A stretch of 63,960 nt of DNA, filler included, from Perkinsus olseni (GCA_013115125.1; 3 parts of 3 records of this genome joined end to end with filler, not necessarily neighbours in it); one strand, 5' to 3'. Shown: positions 14,400 through 28,989, counted from the first letter of the whole stretch. Program-made: numbers and translations. Notes: generated by a model from the sequence alone, not told the origin.

Positions 14400-15567
14400 A
14401 CCTTACCAATGGATCATCCCCACCCCTCAATACAGATTGAGGATTCAACACCACCTCTAAAGCGTCCTTCAACCATAGGCATCGGAGAGGTACCTCAGGA
14501 GAGCCTCCCTTGGGTGATGGAGGGGTGGCAGGGTGGTGAGCTACACCATCATGTTGATGATGGTCTCCTGCAAAGAACCATCCAAACTATGAGAAGGCTC
14601 CTCTTACCCAATGTATGATCGAAAGCTAAATGATCCAGAAGACGTAGGAATTTCGATAATGGTGGGATAGCGGGAGCAGCGGAGGGCATTGGAGGTAACG
14701 ATGGCAGATAGCCAATACCATATATGATGTCATACCTAAACACGGGGGAGGGTGGAGTCAGCGACCGACCATACATCATGATGACCGTACAGTGATATTA
14801 TCGTTATAGCCTCTTCTTCTGCTGCTGCCTCCTCTTCCGTACGCCTTATCAGTAATACATCCCCAAAGGCCTGTATCAAGTCCTTGATACTATCAGATAA
14901 CGATGTCTTTAGGGTGAGATAGAACATTGCCCGCTGTACAAGAGGGTGACATCTCTTAGTTACCTGCAATAGATACACACCATCAGCTAACATCTTATAC
15001 CCTATTAGTGACATAATCACATCATGATGGCGATAGCTGTCTGGGGAATATCTTATACAATCTGTTCTTGTTAGCTTCATGTTGTCATCATCATCATCCT
15101 CCGTGTCCGATAGTTTGTATTTTTCGGCATTCCTCTTCGATCGTCCAATGAGGAAGTCGCTCGGCCCATGGTGCTGCCCATCTCGCTGCTGCTTCTCGGA
15201 CCTTCAAAGAGAGTACCACTCCAACCGCTGCTTGTCGCTACTCCCATCTCCTCCATTCCTCTGCTATGTTCTGTCTGATATCGTCTGGGGACACCTCCTC
15301 CTCGACAGCCGATCCAACCTCGGTGAGGTATTCGCACCTTCGATGGTACTGGCAGGAACCCCTCGTGATTATTAGACAACACTACCACAACTTGATAGCC
15401 CACTCTGGTAGTGGACGACTAGTGGACCCATCATCAGACCAGAGGGGTGAAAGAATATCCACTAAGGAGGAGGTGTTGGGAGATGAGATGTTGAGTATCT
15501 GCTGGTGAGGACTACTTCAAGCTTCAGAGAGGTGACAGGTCGATACCGTAATGTCTCTAACTTTCGG

Positions 15568-15605
<38 letters not shown>

Positions 15606-16068
15606 GCCATGCTGCCTTACATAAATGCATGAGGATTGTAATAAAAGCAGCAGCAGCATCCATGATACATGAGCATGTACATCGTGCCATATCATCTTCA
15701 ATGGGATGACGTAACGATAATAGATCAGTGAATAAGACTTTTATATTATTAAAAGGTAGAGTATACCACGCCTTCGGTATCAATAATATCGGGCTACTCG
15801 TTCCCATTGGTAATAGATACCTGATGATGTCGATGATAACGTATCGTGAGTCCCCCTCCTCCTCATACTACTTTGCTGAATAAAGGTTGGATCTCCATAT
15901 TTCATACACTTCCACAGGGTCAATCCATGATGATGATGATGATGATGATGAGCCTCGGAAGGAGGTGCTCATCTGTAATTACGACACATGATACTACTAC
16001 TCATAATCATCATGTAGTCCATTATTACGATATAGGTTATGACATCTCTCAGTTCACGACTGTTCTGC

Positions 16069-16108
<40 letters not shown>

Positions 16109-18594
16109 AGACAACTGCCAGTTGGTCATCAGCATTCGGGCCGTCATTATTCTCATCATTCGTACGTGCTTCCCTTCCATTCACCTAACATTGGCCAATA
16201 CTGATACCTCCTCCTCCTCCTACCACCACACTACAGCACCGTTCGGTGAGTATCCTCATCATGGTGGAGGTTGCCCCTTACTCCACCACTGATATTATTA
16301 ATATTCAACTTATCAATAGTATCAGCAACAACACCATCTAGAGTGTGCAAGAGATCTGTGATAATGCTATTGAGCTCCTGTTGAGTATTGGTCTGAGTAT
16401 CATGTACCATCCCTTCATTCAGTAGGAGTATCATCATTACCATCCAATATGTGATATGCTGTACCCTTTGCTGTAATACCCGCCTTTCTACTCCAACTAC
16501 ACCATCACCTAATGCCTCATTATCGAATATCGAGAGTACCTGAGCGGAGTGCCTCCCAAGTGATGAGCGAGAGAAGAAGCAGTAGTGGTGTACCGTATCA
16601 GGTATGGAATCCTTCTTGTAGTTATCATCGTGTCCTCCTCTATAAGGCGTCCCCTCATCCAGCGCTGTATGTGCATCATCAACTTCTGTACCTCCTCCTT
16701 TTTCTGCTGTTGTTGTGGTTGTTGTGGTAGTGGTAGCCAGGTTGGTCCATTGAATGAGTTGCAATGATAGTTTGAGCTCGTTGAGTGCCAAAGCTCTGCA
16801 TCAATGATGAGTAGTAGTAGTAGTAGGAGTAGTAGTAGTAGTAGTAGTAGTAGTAGCATCTTACTTCCCGTAGGCAGTGGTATTATCATTCCATCTACGC
16901 ACCAATTGTGGTATACAATCTTCCTTTATCTGCTTATACTCCTCGAGGACTTTCTTATCTGACAATAATAGACATAGAATGACTGATAGCAGCAGGTACC
17001 GTTACATATAGACAGAGATACATGCATCCACAATGTTGTGGTAGTGCTGCTACGTTCTTGTTGCTGTTCATAGTAGCTACCAACCTCTTCCGTAATGTAT
17101 CGGTCTACAGTCTTCAACTGCCACCATCATCATAATAAGATTCATCATACTGGTCATGATGATGATGATGATGATGTTGGTTATTACGAAATGATCTTCC
17201 ATCTTGGACACCTCACGTCTGACATCATTCTCTCGCCAAAGCGTCATGTCCCGGAGTTGCATCTTGAGTGTAGCAAGATAGCGTTCAAGCACCTGTAGCC
17301 AGCACTACTACTACTACTACTGCTGATGATGATGCTGCTGGTGGTGGTAGTATGTTGTTGTTACTTTATCGATGAGCTCGCGGCCTAGACCACTCACGGG
17401 TGTCGGTATATGATTGGTGTAACTTGAGGATACACATGAAGCTAGGACTTGATGTAGCATCGGTACCCAACACGACCAGCAGTAGGATTATTATTATTAT
17501 CATCATCGTCCTCCTCTTGTTGCTCCTGTCCCTCCATATTCTTAAGTGATGATGCTTGTGTGGTGCTGCTCGGTAGGTCGGGTAGTTGCCTCAACATTGA
17601 TATAACACTATCAATGAGCATAACATCATAGTTATTAGCATCATCCCCCTCATCATCATCATTGATAGTGAGTAATAGCCTCTCTGCTACTGGTATACCC
17701 ATAACCTGCTCATCATTATCTACCACTATTGGTATCAGCATTACTACCTTGTTGAATATTAATATCAGGTTATCATCTTCCTCTTGTCTATCCCTATACT
17801 CTTCACAATCAGTATACACTCTTATTACGGCATGGACTGCTGATCCAACTGCACCACTACTGCTGCTTCTGCTGCTGGGTAGGGTATCATATACCATTGA
17901 TGGTGGTAGTAGACATCTACTAGTGAGCACCACCACCACTACCATACTATAACAATACTACTACTACCTGCATACTTCCCTAGCCTCCGCGATATGGCTA
18001 GTAGTAGTCGGTGATGAATGCACCTCCTCCTCCTGTTGCTGCTGCTGCAGTAATTGTATAATTGAGTAGATGGAATCATTGGCTTCAACGAGTGATGTAG
18101 CATTACCATCCTTGAGGGTGAGTAGATCACTATCAGTCATCAATATGAGTATCTATTATTATTATCAGTAGTAGTAGCGTGATATAAAGAATAATACACG
18201 ACATCAGTGTTCTGTTTTATCACTACCGGGACAACTAACCGCTGCTGCTGCTGCTGCTGTTGCTGCTCCTTGCTGTTGTTGTTGTTGGGTTGATCATCAT
18301 CGTCTTGCTCCTCTCTTGAGGCTACCATCTTCATTATAACCTCCTTCCACATATCCTGTATATACTCATACACTTCTCCAGGTGTACGACCACGAGTTGG
18401 ATCACCATCATTGGAAGTGGGATGATTCATGTATCTACAGCATATGTATCCTCTCTTGCACCGTACTAACACTTCTATTATTCATCATCATGCCAGTACT
18501 CATCAGTATTACTCATGTATATCCATTATATGCCATATAAGAGGCGATACAGCATCATCGTGGATATCATCCTCTTGGGTAGAGGTGCTGGCTG

Positions 18595-18628
<34 letters not shown>

Positions 18629-19338
18629 AAGTCTGCTTACTAGATTATCATTGTATACTATATCCGGTATAATAATCATAACAAACCTATACATATGAAG
18701 ATGATGATCACTAGTAATCAGCAACTACCACTATTACTTCAACGTGTGATTATCTTTATTAATCGCTGCCTGATGTTCTTGTTCATCCAGTAGGGTATGC
18801 AGTATGGCATCACCAGTAATGGTATTGATAGCCCTGGTCCTTAGATCATATCCCGATCGCAGGAATTGGGGATCTCTATACAGTAACTATAGTAATATGA
18901 CATTATCATTGGAATAGTGTTAATAACCTGCCATAGTAGCAGTAGCAGTAGTGGTTACATAATTCATGACGTTGGTGATGATGACGGCGACGACGCCCTC
19001 ATCATCATGTTCATCTTCCCTCTCTGTTCTTAAACCGATAGTCGGAGTGTTATTGAGCTTGGTACCCCATCCTTCGTGATGATGATCACTATCATCACTC
19101 TGAGCAGGAATGAATGATATACTCATCATATGCTTCTACTAGCGGCATGATGATGATGACGATGAGCATTATCATCCCTACCACCTCTCCTTCATGATGA
19201 CGATGATGAGGATTATTATCATCATTATCCATCCTCATAAAATCATTACACCATTGCCTCCATGTTTCCATCTATTGAATTATAATCATCAATACAAGAG
19301 TGATGGTATGATATTACACTAGTAGTAGTGGGAATACT

Positions 19339-19385
<47 letters not shown>

Positions 19386-21029
19386 GCTGTGCTGACTCGA
19401 TGCTGTTCTTGTTATTGTTTTTGTTATTGGTGTGGTATAAGTATGCCATGTCGACTAGATGCTGTATTATATTGGTAACACTTGGGGCATGCTTAGCGAA
19501 ATACACCTGATGATGATGATGATGATGATCATACAACAATAGTCCTATCACTACTGCTGGTAGTACTACCTCCTTAGCTCTCCTTAATGCTTTTAACCTC
19601 TCTCTTTGTTTAACTAATAATTCACCTCTATGGATTGGATCATCTATCAGAATAATGATACTGAATGGTCATGATGATGATGATATACTTTGTCTTTGCA
19701 TCCACCAATCACCCTTATATGCTACTCTCATATCATCACCATGCTCATGATGATGGGGCTCTATGGTATCATCATCATCACCCATCTAACACCACTATAA
19801 CTATTATGATTAGTGCGGATTATGGTATGATGTTGATGTTGATGACCTGGTGTTTAGGTAATAAGCTCCTCATCCGTTGTAGCCAGGTTCCCTTTATCAT
19901 CCTTGTATCATTGCTTGTCCTCACACATCGTAATAGTAAATCCTATACTATCATCATCATCATGATGATGATAACGTTCTCGTTGTTGGTGTCGTGCTGT
20001 TATGACCTGTATCTTGTCCTCAGCTTCTGCTTTCTTCCTTTCCTCTTCCCCTTCACGCATAGCATCATCCGACCTATGAACAGTACTGCTCTTCCGACCA
20101 TGATGATGATGATGATGATGATGATGATTACGATCATGCTTGTTGTTGTTGTGATTACCTTATACTCTTTGCCATCCTATCCTCTCTTAATATACATCGA
20201 CGTTCCCTCTGCTGTTGTGTTATCCTGTCTACTATACTGCTCACTACACTCTTCTGTCTGGACTCTACTACTGATGATATACGGGATAGTTCCTGGAAAC
20301 AGAAGAAGAACAGGTAGACAGGAACAGATGGTCGGCAGAGTACTACTACCTCCATGAAGGCACGAGAATCATCATCATCCTCCACAGCAGCAGGAGTATC
20401 ATTATGATGGTGTAGCAATGATTGACGTAAACCTTGAGACCTTGTGTGAGACCTGTGAACTCCTATGATGGTAGTAGTAGTCTATAATGGTACTATGACT
20501 ACTACCTGTGTTGTAGACTGGACACCTGCTCTGTCAGACTACGCTTTACTTCTTCTTTCTTCTTCCTTCTTCCGTCTCGAATACTCTCCTCAACCTACAA
20601 CAGCATGATGATCATCATGATGCTCAGCATGGACACTAGATCTAGTTGCCATCACTACCTTTATATCATGTTTAATACGATTAATCATCCTGCCCATACC
20701 ACTCCTTGCCCAATTCCTCATACATCTATCATCCCATGCTTTATTAACCATCCTACAATGACCATTGGCCGTTACTACTACTAATGATGCTACCTATTAG
20801 CGATCATCCTGTGTATTGTATGATCCCGATGTATTGCCCTGTTCTCCTTTATTATATACTCCTCTACCTCCTTCAGCATCTTATTATTATACTCTGATCT
20901 CACCCTGCCACCATAGTCACTAGTGGAAGTATGGTGATATCACCTTTGTTGTATAAAAGGTTGACGAGCATGTTCAGAGGCGCCCTCGTCGTTATGATAC
21001 TGCCCAGCATCAGCAGCAGGGTACGACAT
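14400..21029 (-). CDS. Large multi-exon coiled-coil protein, possibly SPEF2/KPL2-like flagellar central-pair protein (boundaries uncertain, may be more than one gene)
   Basis: Chain of minus-strand exons with GT-AG introns. Segments RERLKALRRAKEVYFAKHAPSVTNIIQHLVDMAY and LERYLATLKMQLRDMTLWRENDV resemble SPEF2 from memory; not verified. Confidence 0.35.
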
Positions 21030-21222
21030 GATTAGTATTGGGGAAGGTAACTCCTAGAATAGTGATGACACTAGTACAGTAGTGGGATGAAGGATCGGGA
21101 ATACCTTTTTACCTCTTAACTCGATATTATTGCTATACAGAAACGGTGGTAGTCATGATGAGTAATAACGATAGCCGGGTACCACTGGTGATGATGCTCC
21201 TATCATCACTGTTGATCGTAGT

Positions 21223-22657
21223 CTATAGCTTACTAATACCTGAATACCACCTCATTAGTAGTTATCCATCTACTAAAACTATTATCATGATAATGATCAA
21301 TACATTACCATTCACCACAACATGCTGCTTATCATCCTCAGAACCTTGCGGCCCCTTCATGGAGTCTTCTTCTTGTTGTGCAAGGGATGGTATGTTAATA
21401 AATCTCCGAGGAGGGTTACCAAGCCTTACTAAACCTTCTTGTATTGCTGTACATATCATAATACCATCACGGGTAAATACATGACATACACCTGATATGA
21501 TCCATCTTCATGATGCTGATGCTGATGTTGTTGTTACACACTGCACGAGCATGAGACGCTACCAAACATCTCATATCGAATAGCATCCATTCATCAGCCC
21601 GTATCTGTATAGTTATTATATATCATGATCATGATGATGATGATGACAGTTATCATCATTACATTAGTTTTATGAAAATAAAGAGTATGATCCAAACTTG
21701 TTAATTTAGTGGTATTACTGCAGAAGATACCCCCCAACGGTTCCAAGGATGTTGCTATCAGATTGAAGTCAGACATGTAGGCCAATACCTAGCACAATTA
21801 TAATCATGATGATATAGGTGTAGGGGTGCACCACCCACACTCTTATGAGCAGCATCAGTATTGCCAACATCACCTCGAGCTCTTAGCCAAAATCTACAAG
21901 TATTCTTACATCCAGAGTAATGATGATGATAGAACTACTCATGCTTACTGTCTCTTAGCCAACTCATGTTTAGGTTTACTATCATCCAGCATCAGATGAT
22001 GATTAGGTATAATATTGTCCAACTACAACAACAACACCACAGTCTAACGTGGTGCACCACATCATAATGCTGTTCTTGCTGCTGTTGATGTTGATGATGC
22101 TATATCGATGTATCTATTACATCATTCAACCCTTTGTCTTCTTTGCCCTGTCGTTTTAGATTCAACTCAGCCACCGGACGGCGGTCTACTGGTACTGAGT
22201 CATCGCTATATTTACGTAGGAATCTACTCATACATCACGTTGATGAGTGTCTCATTGTTGTTGGTCTACTCTCTAGCACCATGTGGTAACCCATGGTCAT
22301 CTTGGGTGGCTATACGCGCGGCTACACTGAAGAAGAGGCAACAACAACAACATCATCATAGACATGAGTAGTAGTTACTATTCCAAGGGTATGAGGTCCT
22401 CTGGTTGATACTTTACTTTAGGCATTGGTATTGAATATGTAAGATGTGGTGAACCATCCTCAAACGTATGGAATTGCACCTTTGTAATAATACGCCAATG
22501 GACTTTCATCAATACTGTTGTTATGATAATAATAGTACCATCATTTTAAATATAACTTTACCATTTTGTCGACCTTCAACACTCCGTGTTAGGAACGATC
22601 TACCATCTCGAAGCTTCTCTACATAGTATCTACTCCAGTAGGAGTGAGTGGTATTCC
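21223..22657 (-). CDS. ACOT8: Acyl-CoA thioesterase II (TesB/ACOT8), 5'-truncated by contig end, C-terminal SKL
   Basis: YYVEKLRDGRSFLTRSVEGRQNGKVIF, FWLRARG, LAYMSDFNLI, TSLDHTLYFH, WMLFDM, FTRDGIMICTAIQEGLVR; last exon gives GISKL-stop. Confidence 0.9.
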
Positions 22658-22672
22658 TACCTTGCTGCTGCT

Positions 22673-22675
<3 letters not shown>

Positions 22676-22746
<71 letters not shown>
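22676..22746. repeat. (GTTGCT)n hexanucleotide repeat at contig end
   Basis: Direct reading. Confidence 0.95.
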
Positions 22747-22846
22747 NNNNNNNNNNNNNNNNNNNNNNNNNNNNNNNNNNNNNNNNNNNNTTAATTAATT
22801 AANNNNNNNNNNNNNNNNNNNNNNNNNNNNNNNNNNNNNNNNNNNN
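22747..22846. other. Artificial contig linker (N44-TTAATTAATTAA-N44)
   Basis: Six-frame stop cassette centred in Ns; flanked by microsatellite contig ends. Confidence 0.97.
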
Positions 22847-22917
<71 letters not shown>

Positions 22918-22921
22918 TTAG

Positions 22922-23601
22922 GGATGAGTTCGTAGCAGGCAATAGAATAGTAATGGTAGCATACATATGCATGTGTTTGGCTGTCGTATTATCATTCCCC
23001 AGTAATATACTACCTATTAAGTTTACTGTTGAACAAATGCTATGGTAAGAACCGAACAACAACAACAGCATTACGGAAACAGATAAGTAGAAGAATTATC
23101 AGTTACTACTATGCAGACATGAGCCATGACACCCGTACTGCCATACCAATGCTTATTGCTATACTAACCTGCATTCTTAGCCTACTACTAGCAATTGCCA
23201 TACCACAAGTCCGCCGCCTCATCGTCAGCAGAAGCCCTTATTCTTGTTGGTACTCAGATATCAATTGTATTCGAGTTGGTAGGAGCATATGCTGGATCTA
23301 TCATAGCGTTCGTATGCCCAGCAACTTTCTATATAACTATCGTGCCTGGTAGTGTATTATCAAGGAGAAAGAGGAAGGCTGCATTCATCTTAATGCTCGG
23401 GTAATTTACCTTCATTCGTGTCATCCACGGAAGACTCCCCTCAGGATTCTATTTTTAATACTCGGTACGACAACAGCGATCATGAACATAATGAAAACTA
23501 GTGCAGCTGCTACTCCTAATTCAAATTCTAGTACTATTGCACCTGATAGCGTTGGTGGTAGCAGTATGAACTATAATGATGCTATCCGTATAAGATATTA
23601 G
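22922..23601 (+). CDS. Amino-acid transporter (AAAP/SLC38-like), 3' part only
   Basis: AYICMCLAVVLSFPSNILPIKFTVEQM, LLAIAIPQISIVFELVGAYAGSIIAFVCPATFY, terminal TM helix. Confidence 0.8.
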
Positions 23602-23726
23602 CTGTAACATGCTTAGTTTAATAATTTATTACTATCATCCTCGCCATACAGTTTCTGGAAGCAGGTCGATGGTTGTTGGTATTATAACAATGCTATTCTA
23701 CAGTGTTTTCCATCACCGCTATAATT

Positions 23727-24715
23727 ATGAGTACGGCTCATTACGGTAGGGCAGTACCAGTGGGCCTACGACGATTCCCTAATCTTAAGGCAAAGATGAT
23801 TAAAGATTCTAAAAGGGTTAGATTCCCTACAGACCTACCGCCAGGCTTCCATATTGTTATACTCATGTTCAAGAATAATCATCATTGGGATGCTGGTAGT
23901 AGTAGTGGTAGTAGCATTGGTATTGTAGTTGTTGTGAGGTACATGGCATGGGTTGTATGATAAAGTGTCTCAGCTCGTTGATCATGCTCATAGATCTATA
24001 TTAAAGGAGTATGAAGGAGTGTGTCCTGTTGATGATGATGATGATCTGCCACCGTTTACACCTCCCAAACTATATTACTTATGGCTGTTCGGAAGGTAGC
24101 ATCGCAATCATCATCATGGCCATCACCACCATGATAGTGGCACCTGCTCAGGTTCCGATGGTTGTGGAGCTACTTTTGGATAAGACGATGTCGCAAATGG
24201 GCAACGACAGCAGCATCATCATCGAAAGAAGGAGGAGAGGGGCAGCCCATCATGCCAGGAGAGGATAGGATCTTAGTAGCATACACTGATAAGGTAACAA
24301 CCCCACCACTCATGCTGCTGCTGGTAGCACTGCAGCATCGTATAGAATCATCATTATTGTTCAGGAATGGTTTGAGAAGAGATTAGGTATCATTAATGAT
24401 GGTCGGCCATACGTTTTATTAATGAAGAATAATGGCAAAGTGCTGTTGAAGGGGATGAGTGTGTTGTTGTATTGATCGGTGATTGTACAGGTGCTCTTCT
24501 GCCATCATGGTCATTATGATCCAAACCTTCATGATTATGGTATTAGGAAGGCAGTTCGGGAGGAGATGGAAAGAAGGGAGAATGCTATCATTAAAATAGC
24601 TGCTAAGAATACTGCCCCTAACCCCGTGTTAGAAGCGCCCTCTACATCGTGTCGTACCACCAATGCTGCTCATACAACAACATCTCATGCTGACGATGCT
24701 AGCGATGAACGATGA
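23727..24715 (+). CDS. ATP10-like mitochondrial ATPase assembly protein (putative), multi-exon
   Basis: FPNLKAKMI..VRFP, WLWSYFWIRRCRK, EKRLGIINDGRPYVLLMKNNGKVLF pattern resembles the ATP10 thioredoxin-like fold. Confidence 0.5.
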
Positions 24716-24901
24716 TGCTCCTCATGATATTCGTTTCTGTGTATTCCGGTCCAGCTTTGAGTTGATTGTAGTAGAAGAGTTGAAAGGGAGACCTTGTACA
24801 CCGGACATAGTTACTTATGATAACCATTATTCAGAGAGCTGGGTTTAGTAGCAGTCAATTAATCAGAACCTATTCAGGCTCATAAGACCGTCGTGCTGTT
24901 T

Positions 24902-24998
24902 NNNNNNNNNNNNNNNNNNNNNNNNNNNNNNNNNNNNNNNNNNNNNNNNNNNNNNNNNNNNNNNNNNNNNNNNNNNNNNNNNNNNNNNNNNNNNNNNN
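24902..24998. other. Assembly gap with 66-bp duplicated flank
   Basis: 24836-24901 is repeated at 25000-25065 across the Ns. Confidence 0.9.
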
Positions 24999-25214
24999 CG
25001 AGCTGGGTTTAGTAGCAGTCAATTAATCAGAACCTATTCAGGCTCATAAGACCGTCGTGCTGTTTATCATCATCAATCCGCTACATTTCGTCGCACACGT
25101 GGCTCCCCCACCTCCCAGCAGCTCATAATTTTCAGGGCGAGCGCTTTTCTCATAATTGATCGATCAGTCGATCGATAGCCCTTCGAGGAAGTGTGATTGC
25201 ACCCCCTATCCAAG

Positions 25215-26000
25215 ATGGCAACCGCAGCAAGTCAAAAGCAGGTCTCCAAGAAGCGTAAGTTCGTCGCTGATGGCGTGTTCTACGCGGAGCTTAACGAACT
25301 CCTTACTACTATCCTTGCTGAGGATGGTTACTCTGGTGTTGAGGTCCGTGTGACTCCTATCAAGACCGAGATCATCATCCGTGCTACTAGGACTCGTGAG
25401 GTCCTCGGTGAGAAGGGTCGCAGGATTAGAGAGCTCACTGCTCTTGTCGAGAGACGTTTCGATTTCCCGGAGAACTCTGTCGAGCTCTTCGCCGAACGTG
25501 TCGACAACCGTGCTCTCTGCGCCCAGGCTCAGGCCGAGTCTCTCCGTTACAAGCTTCTCGGTGGTCTTCCCGTCCGCAGGGCTGCCTATGGTGTATTGAG
25601 GTTTGTTATGGAGAATGGCGCCAAGGGTGTTGAGGTTACCGTATCTGGTAAGTTGCGTGCTCAGCGTGCTAAGGTTATGAAGTTCGCTGATGGTTATCTT
25701 CTCTCTACTGGTACTCCTAAGGAGATGTATGTCGACCAAGCTATCCGTAACGTTGACATGCGTCAGGGTATTCTCGGTATCAGAGTTAAGATTATGATGG
25801 CTTATGATCCCGAGGGTAAGAGTGGTCCTAAGACTCGCCTTCCTGATGATATTACCATTCATGAGCCTAAGGAGGATACCGTCTTCCCTGTTGAGGCCGC
25901 CGCCACCGCTGAGGAGCAGCCGACTGAGGAACAGCAGCAGCAGCCGACTGAGGCCGCCGCCGCTGAGGAGGCCCCTGCTGCTGTCGAGATCACCGCCTAA
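25215..26000 (+). CDS. RPS3: 40S ribosomal protein S3 (uS3), intronless
   Basis: [64 protein letters not shown]. Confidence 0.98.
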   Translation: MATAASQKQVSKKRKFVADGVFYAELNELLTTILAEDGYSGVEVRVTPIKTEIIIRATRTREVLGEKGRRIRELTALVERRFDFPENSVELFAERVDNRALCAQAQAESLRYKLLGGLPVRRAAYGVLRFVMENGAKGVEVTVSGKLRAQRAKVMKFADGYLLSTGTPKEMYVDQAIRNVDMRQGILGIRVKIMMAYDPEGKSGPKTRLPDDITIHEPKEDTVFPVEAAATAEEQPTEEQQQQPTEAAAAEEAPAAVEITA

Positions 26001-26182
26001 GTAGCCTCATGATGACGATGATTATGGTCAACATTCCCATTGCCTACCACTACTATTGAGACCAATGTTGACGAGCCGCTACTTGCTATCCTGCTTCGGG
26101 TATATTCTTAACTTGTGTTTAGTACAATGATAATGTTGGGGCCATTGGGGTCTTACTGAACTCAACATTCGGGAATAGTCTC

Positions 26183-28443
26183 TTAAGGTCGTTCAATAGA
26201 TGGTTGGGGCGGCAGCCGCTTTGACATATCATCAACTTTCCCGTTATCAACTGCGTTGATAACTGTGTGTGATAATGTTGTATTCTTTGTCTTATGATGT
26301 TGTGGTGCCCTATAAGCTACTGCAGGCAATTGGGTTGGTATATCATTCTTCTGTAGCTGACCATCAGCAGCCTTAGATTTGTCTATCATTGTTGAAGGTT
26401 CGTCATCATTATGTAATAGAAGATTGGATACATCTGAAGGGAATAATCGAACTATGAATATCAACAGCATTATTACAATCTTTTGGAAGAACTTCGTCGT
26501 TCCGGTCTAATGCATCATCAACAGTTGCTGCTGCAGTAGTTGTCTCACGGAATATCTCGTCGTCGAGGCCCTTGGGTACTTGCCGTTGAATTCCGTGCTG
26601 TTGACGATGTTCGCTCTTCTCGTTATCATTGATAATCCCAAACCGAGCCGTTTGCTGTAGTACCTCATCATATTTATGAAAGTCCCTGATAATATTATTG
26701 AAGGCATGGATTAGGAGTAGTAAGTCATGAATAGTACCCAGTGGTGGAGGGGGTCCCTTCAAGTGCAATCATATCGTTCTTGTGTGCTGCAGCGGTATTA
26801 TCATTATGGTGGAATGCGTTTGTATGTGCGAGTGCTTCGTGATGATGATGATACTCATCTGCAAACAGCCAACGTCAGTGCCCCGTCCGCGCGACTCTCT
26901 TATTCTCACTCCTTTCCCCATTCCCCTGCATCTTAACATCTTGTCCTTGGGATACAACATAGTAACCTAGTAGATGTCCTACACAAGCGTATGCTGACAT
27001 TAATACCATCTTCTCCCCTTCTCCTATTATCCAATTGTTCTGCCACATGATGGTTGGCTTCATCAAGAGCTCTCTGCCACTGCCTCACTCTATTAATGCT
27101 ATTACCCCCCTGGGCATGATACTGTTGCACACTCTAACAGTAGATAGTGATGCATATGAATCACCAGCCCTATCGGTAGTATTACATGATTCACTTTATC
27201 TCTTTTTCTGAGCATCCTCTCAACAGCGTTAGTAACTTGTTGTAGGGCGTCTTTATGACCTCCTAGTTCACGATAAAGATCAGCTAATGAAACGTATCTA
27301 TTGAGCATAGTAGTTCGTACACCAGCAATGACCACCTCCTCTTACCCTGATGAGATTGTTTTATTATTATCGACACGAACTGGTGGCCCCCCTTGCTGAT
27401 TTGCACGTTGCGGAGCTCTCCCTCTACTATTGTTAGGATGCTGAGGACGCCTTGAATGCTGTTGATGATGGGTATGATGCCCAGGTGTATGGTGATAATC
27501 TTGTAGCATTGTTGATTGTCTGTACTGATGACGTTAATTCTCATTAAAGCAGACTAGACTTACCCTCGTGTCACCACTTCATCATCTTCATCATTTTCAG
27601 TATTCTCGTCCCTCTCATCTCCTATTACATGATCATTAATATTCATATCCGGTGATTCTACTTCGACTGTCGTATTAACCTTCCTTAACGAGTGTATACG
27701 CTCGTAGTGGTGGTAATGATTCAACTGATTCTTATTATTGTTACTGTCGTTGTTATTCTCCTGTCTAACCAATAATAGAGTAGCTTCACGTTGTAAGTAC
27801 TCCAAGCCTCGTCTATGACGTGCTAATGCCTGTTACACAACAACAACCACCACCACCATGATCGCCGTCATCAACAATACCGCTATCATTACCTTAGCCA
27901 ATCTAAGATCTCTTCCCTTAGCCTCCCGTATTAATGTGACAATGAGTTCATGTCTTAAATTACGATTAGACATCATCACATTATTCCCGGCCACGATAGT
28001 GATAGCTTCCGTATGACGATTGTCCAAGTCCAGTATGTGCAACCTATGGTCTTCTAAAGCCTGATTGTGATCATCATGAGGCCTTCCTTCATAATACATA
28101 ATGTTCACCCTCTCCAATGCTGTCTGCCATTCAGTGGCACTCCTCAAGAGGTTATTCATCTCACGACGGCATTCCCTTGTTGGTAGTTTACGTCGAGTTA
28201 ATCGATCAACTAAATCATGATGTGACTTCAGTACCTTTCATGAGAATAACAATAACAAGACGCTCGACGATGCTCCGCTATTATCACCCTTCCCATTTCT
28301 AACTCCCTTCTTTTGGCGTTCATCATGGCTTTATTGAACTGTTCCTCGTCAACATTCCTTGCTGATACTCTTCCACGTCTGAGGTCTGCGTAAAACCGCC
28401 CTCTCCATGTTCCCCATCAGACTACCTCATTTTGGCACTCATC
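26183..28443 (-). CDS. Hypothetical multi-exon helical protein
   Basis: Spliceable minus-strand exons (e.g. MNNLLRSATEWQTALERV..., YVSLADLYRELGGHKDALQQ); no family recognised. Confidence 0.45.
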
Positions 28444-28989
28444 CTTTCTGGTGATTCGCTGTCACTGTATCGAGATGTCACTCGAGCAGCATGATACGAT
28501 CCACCTATCGTTCAGCTACACGCAGGGGTCATCGGATGAGTATTACCGGGATGAGGGGTATGACGACTCCTTCCTCCTGTTGGTATCCACTGTGATGATG
28601 ATGTTATATCATGATCATCCTCTGGAGTGGGATATGAGACAATCATCATTATCACACTAATGTTAAGGTAGTAGTAGCCCTCATCATGACAACACTACCC
28701 GGACAAACATACTAGAAGCAGCATCATCACCATCATCAATAACAATTACTTAATATGACCACCATAATATTAACACACATGAGATGATAATAAGAACATC
28801 ACACTTAGTAGAATAGAGTGCACGGTTCACCTTCCGGCTGGAACCTCAGTTCAGTGGTCTTGGTAGCATCAGCAATAACCCCATACGTAATACCACTAGA
28901 TGACGATAATGATGATGAGTAGCAGTAGTAGGAGCGTGATGATGATAGTGTTGTTGTTGGTGGTCGTGGTGGTGGGGTTGTTGTTGTTA

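Noticed and set aside
22791-22802. TTAATTAATTAA palindrome (also 45633-45644)
   Set aside because: Synthetic six-frame-stop linker inside N runs; not biological.
24836-25065. 66-bp direct repeat flanking the N gap
   Set aside because: Typical unmerged contig overlap rather than an LTR or TSD.
25205-25225. GCCATCTTGG (minus strand) resembling the Perkinsus/dinoflagellate spliced leader
   Set aside because: Only a 10-nt match, antisense, and overlapping the RPS3 start codon. No real SL relic was found in front of the intronless genes.
25206-25862. 218-aa antisense ORF over RPS3 (and similar antisense ORFs over TBP, LRR, EamA)
   Set aside because: By-products of codon bias on the opposite strand of recognised genes.
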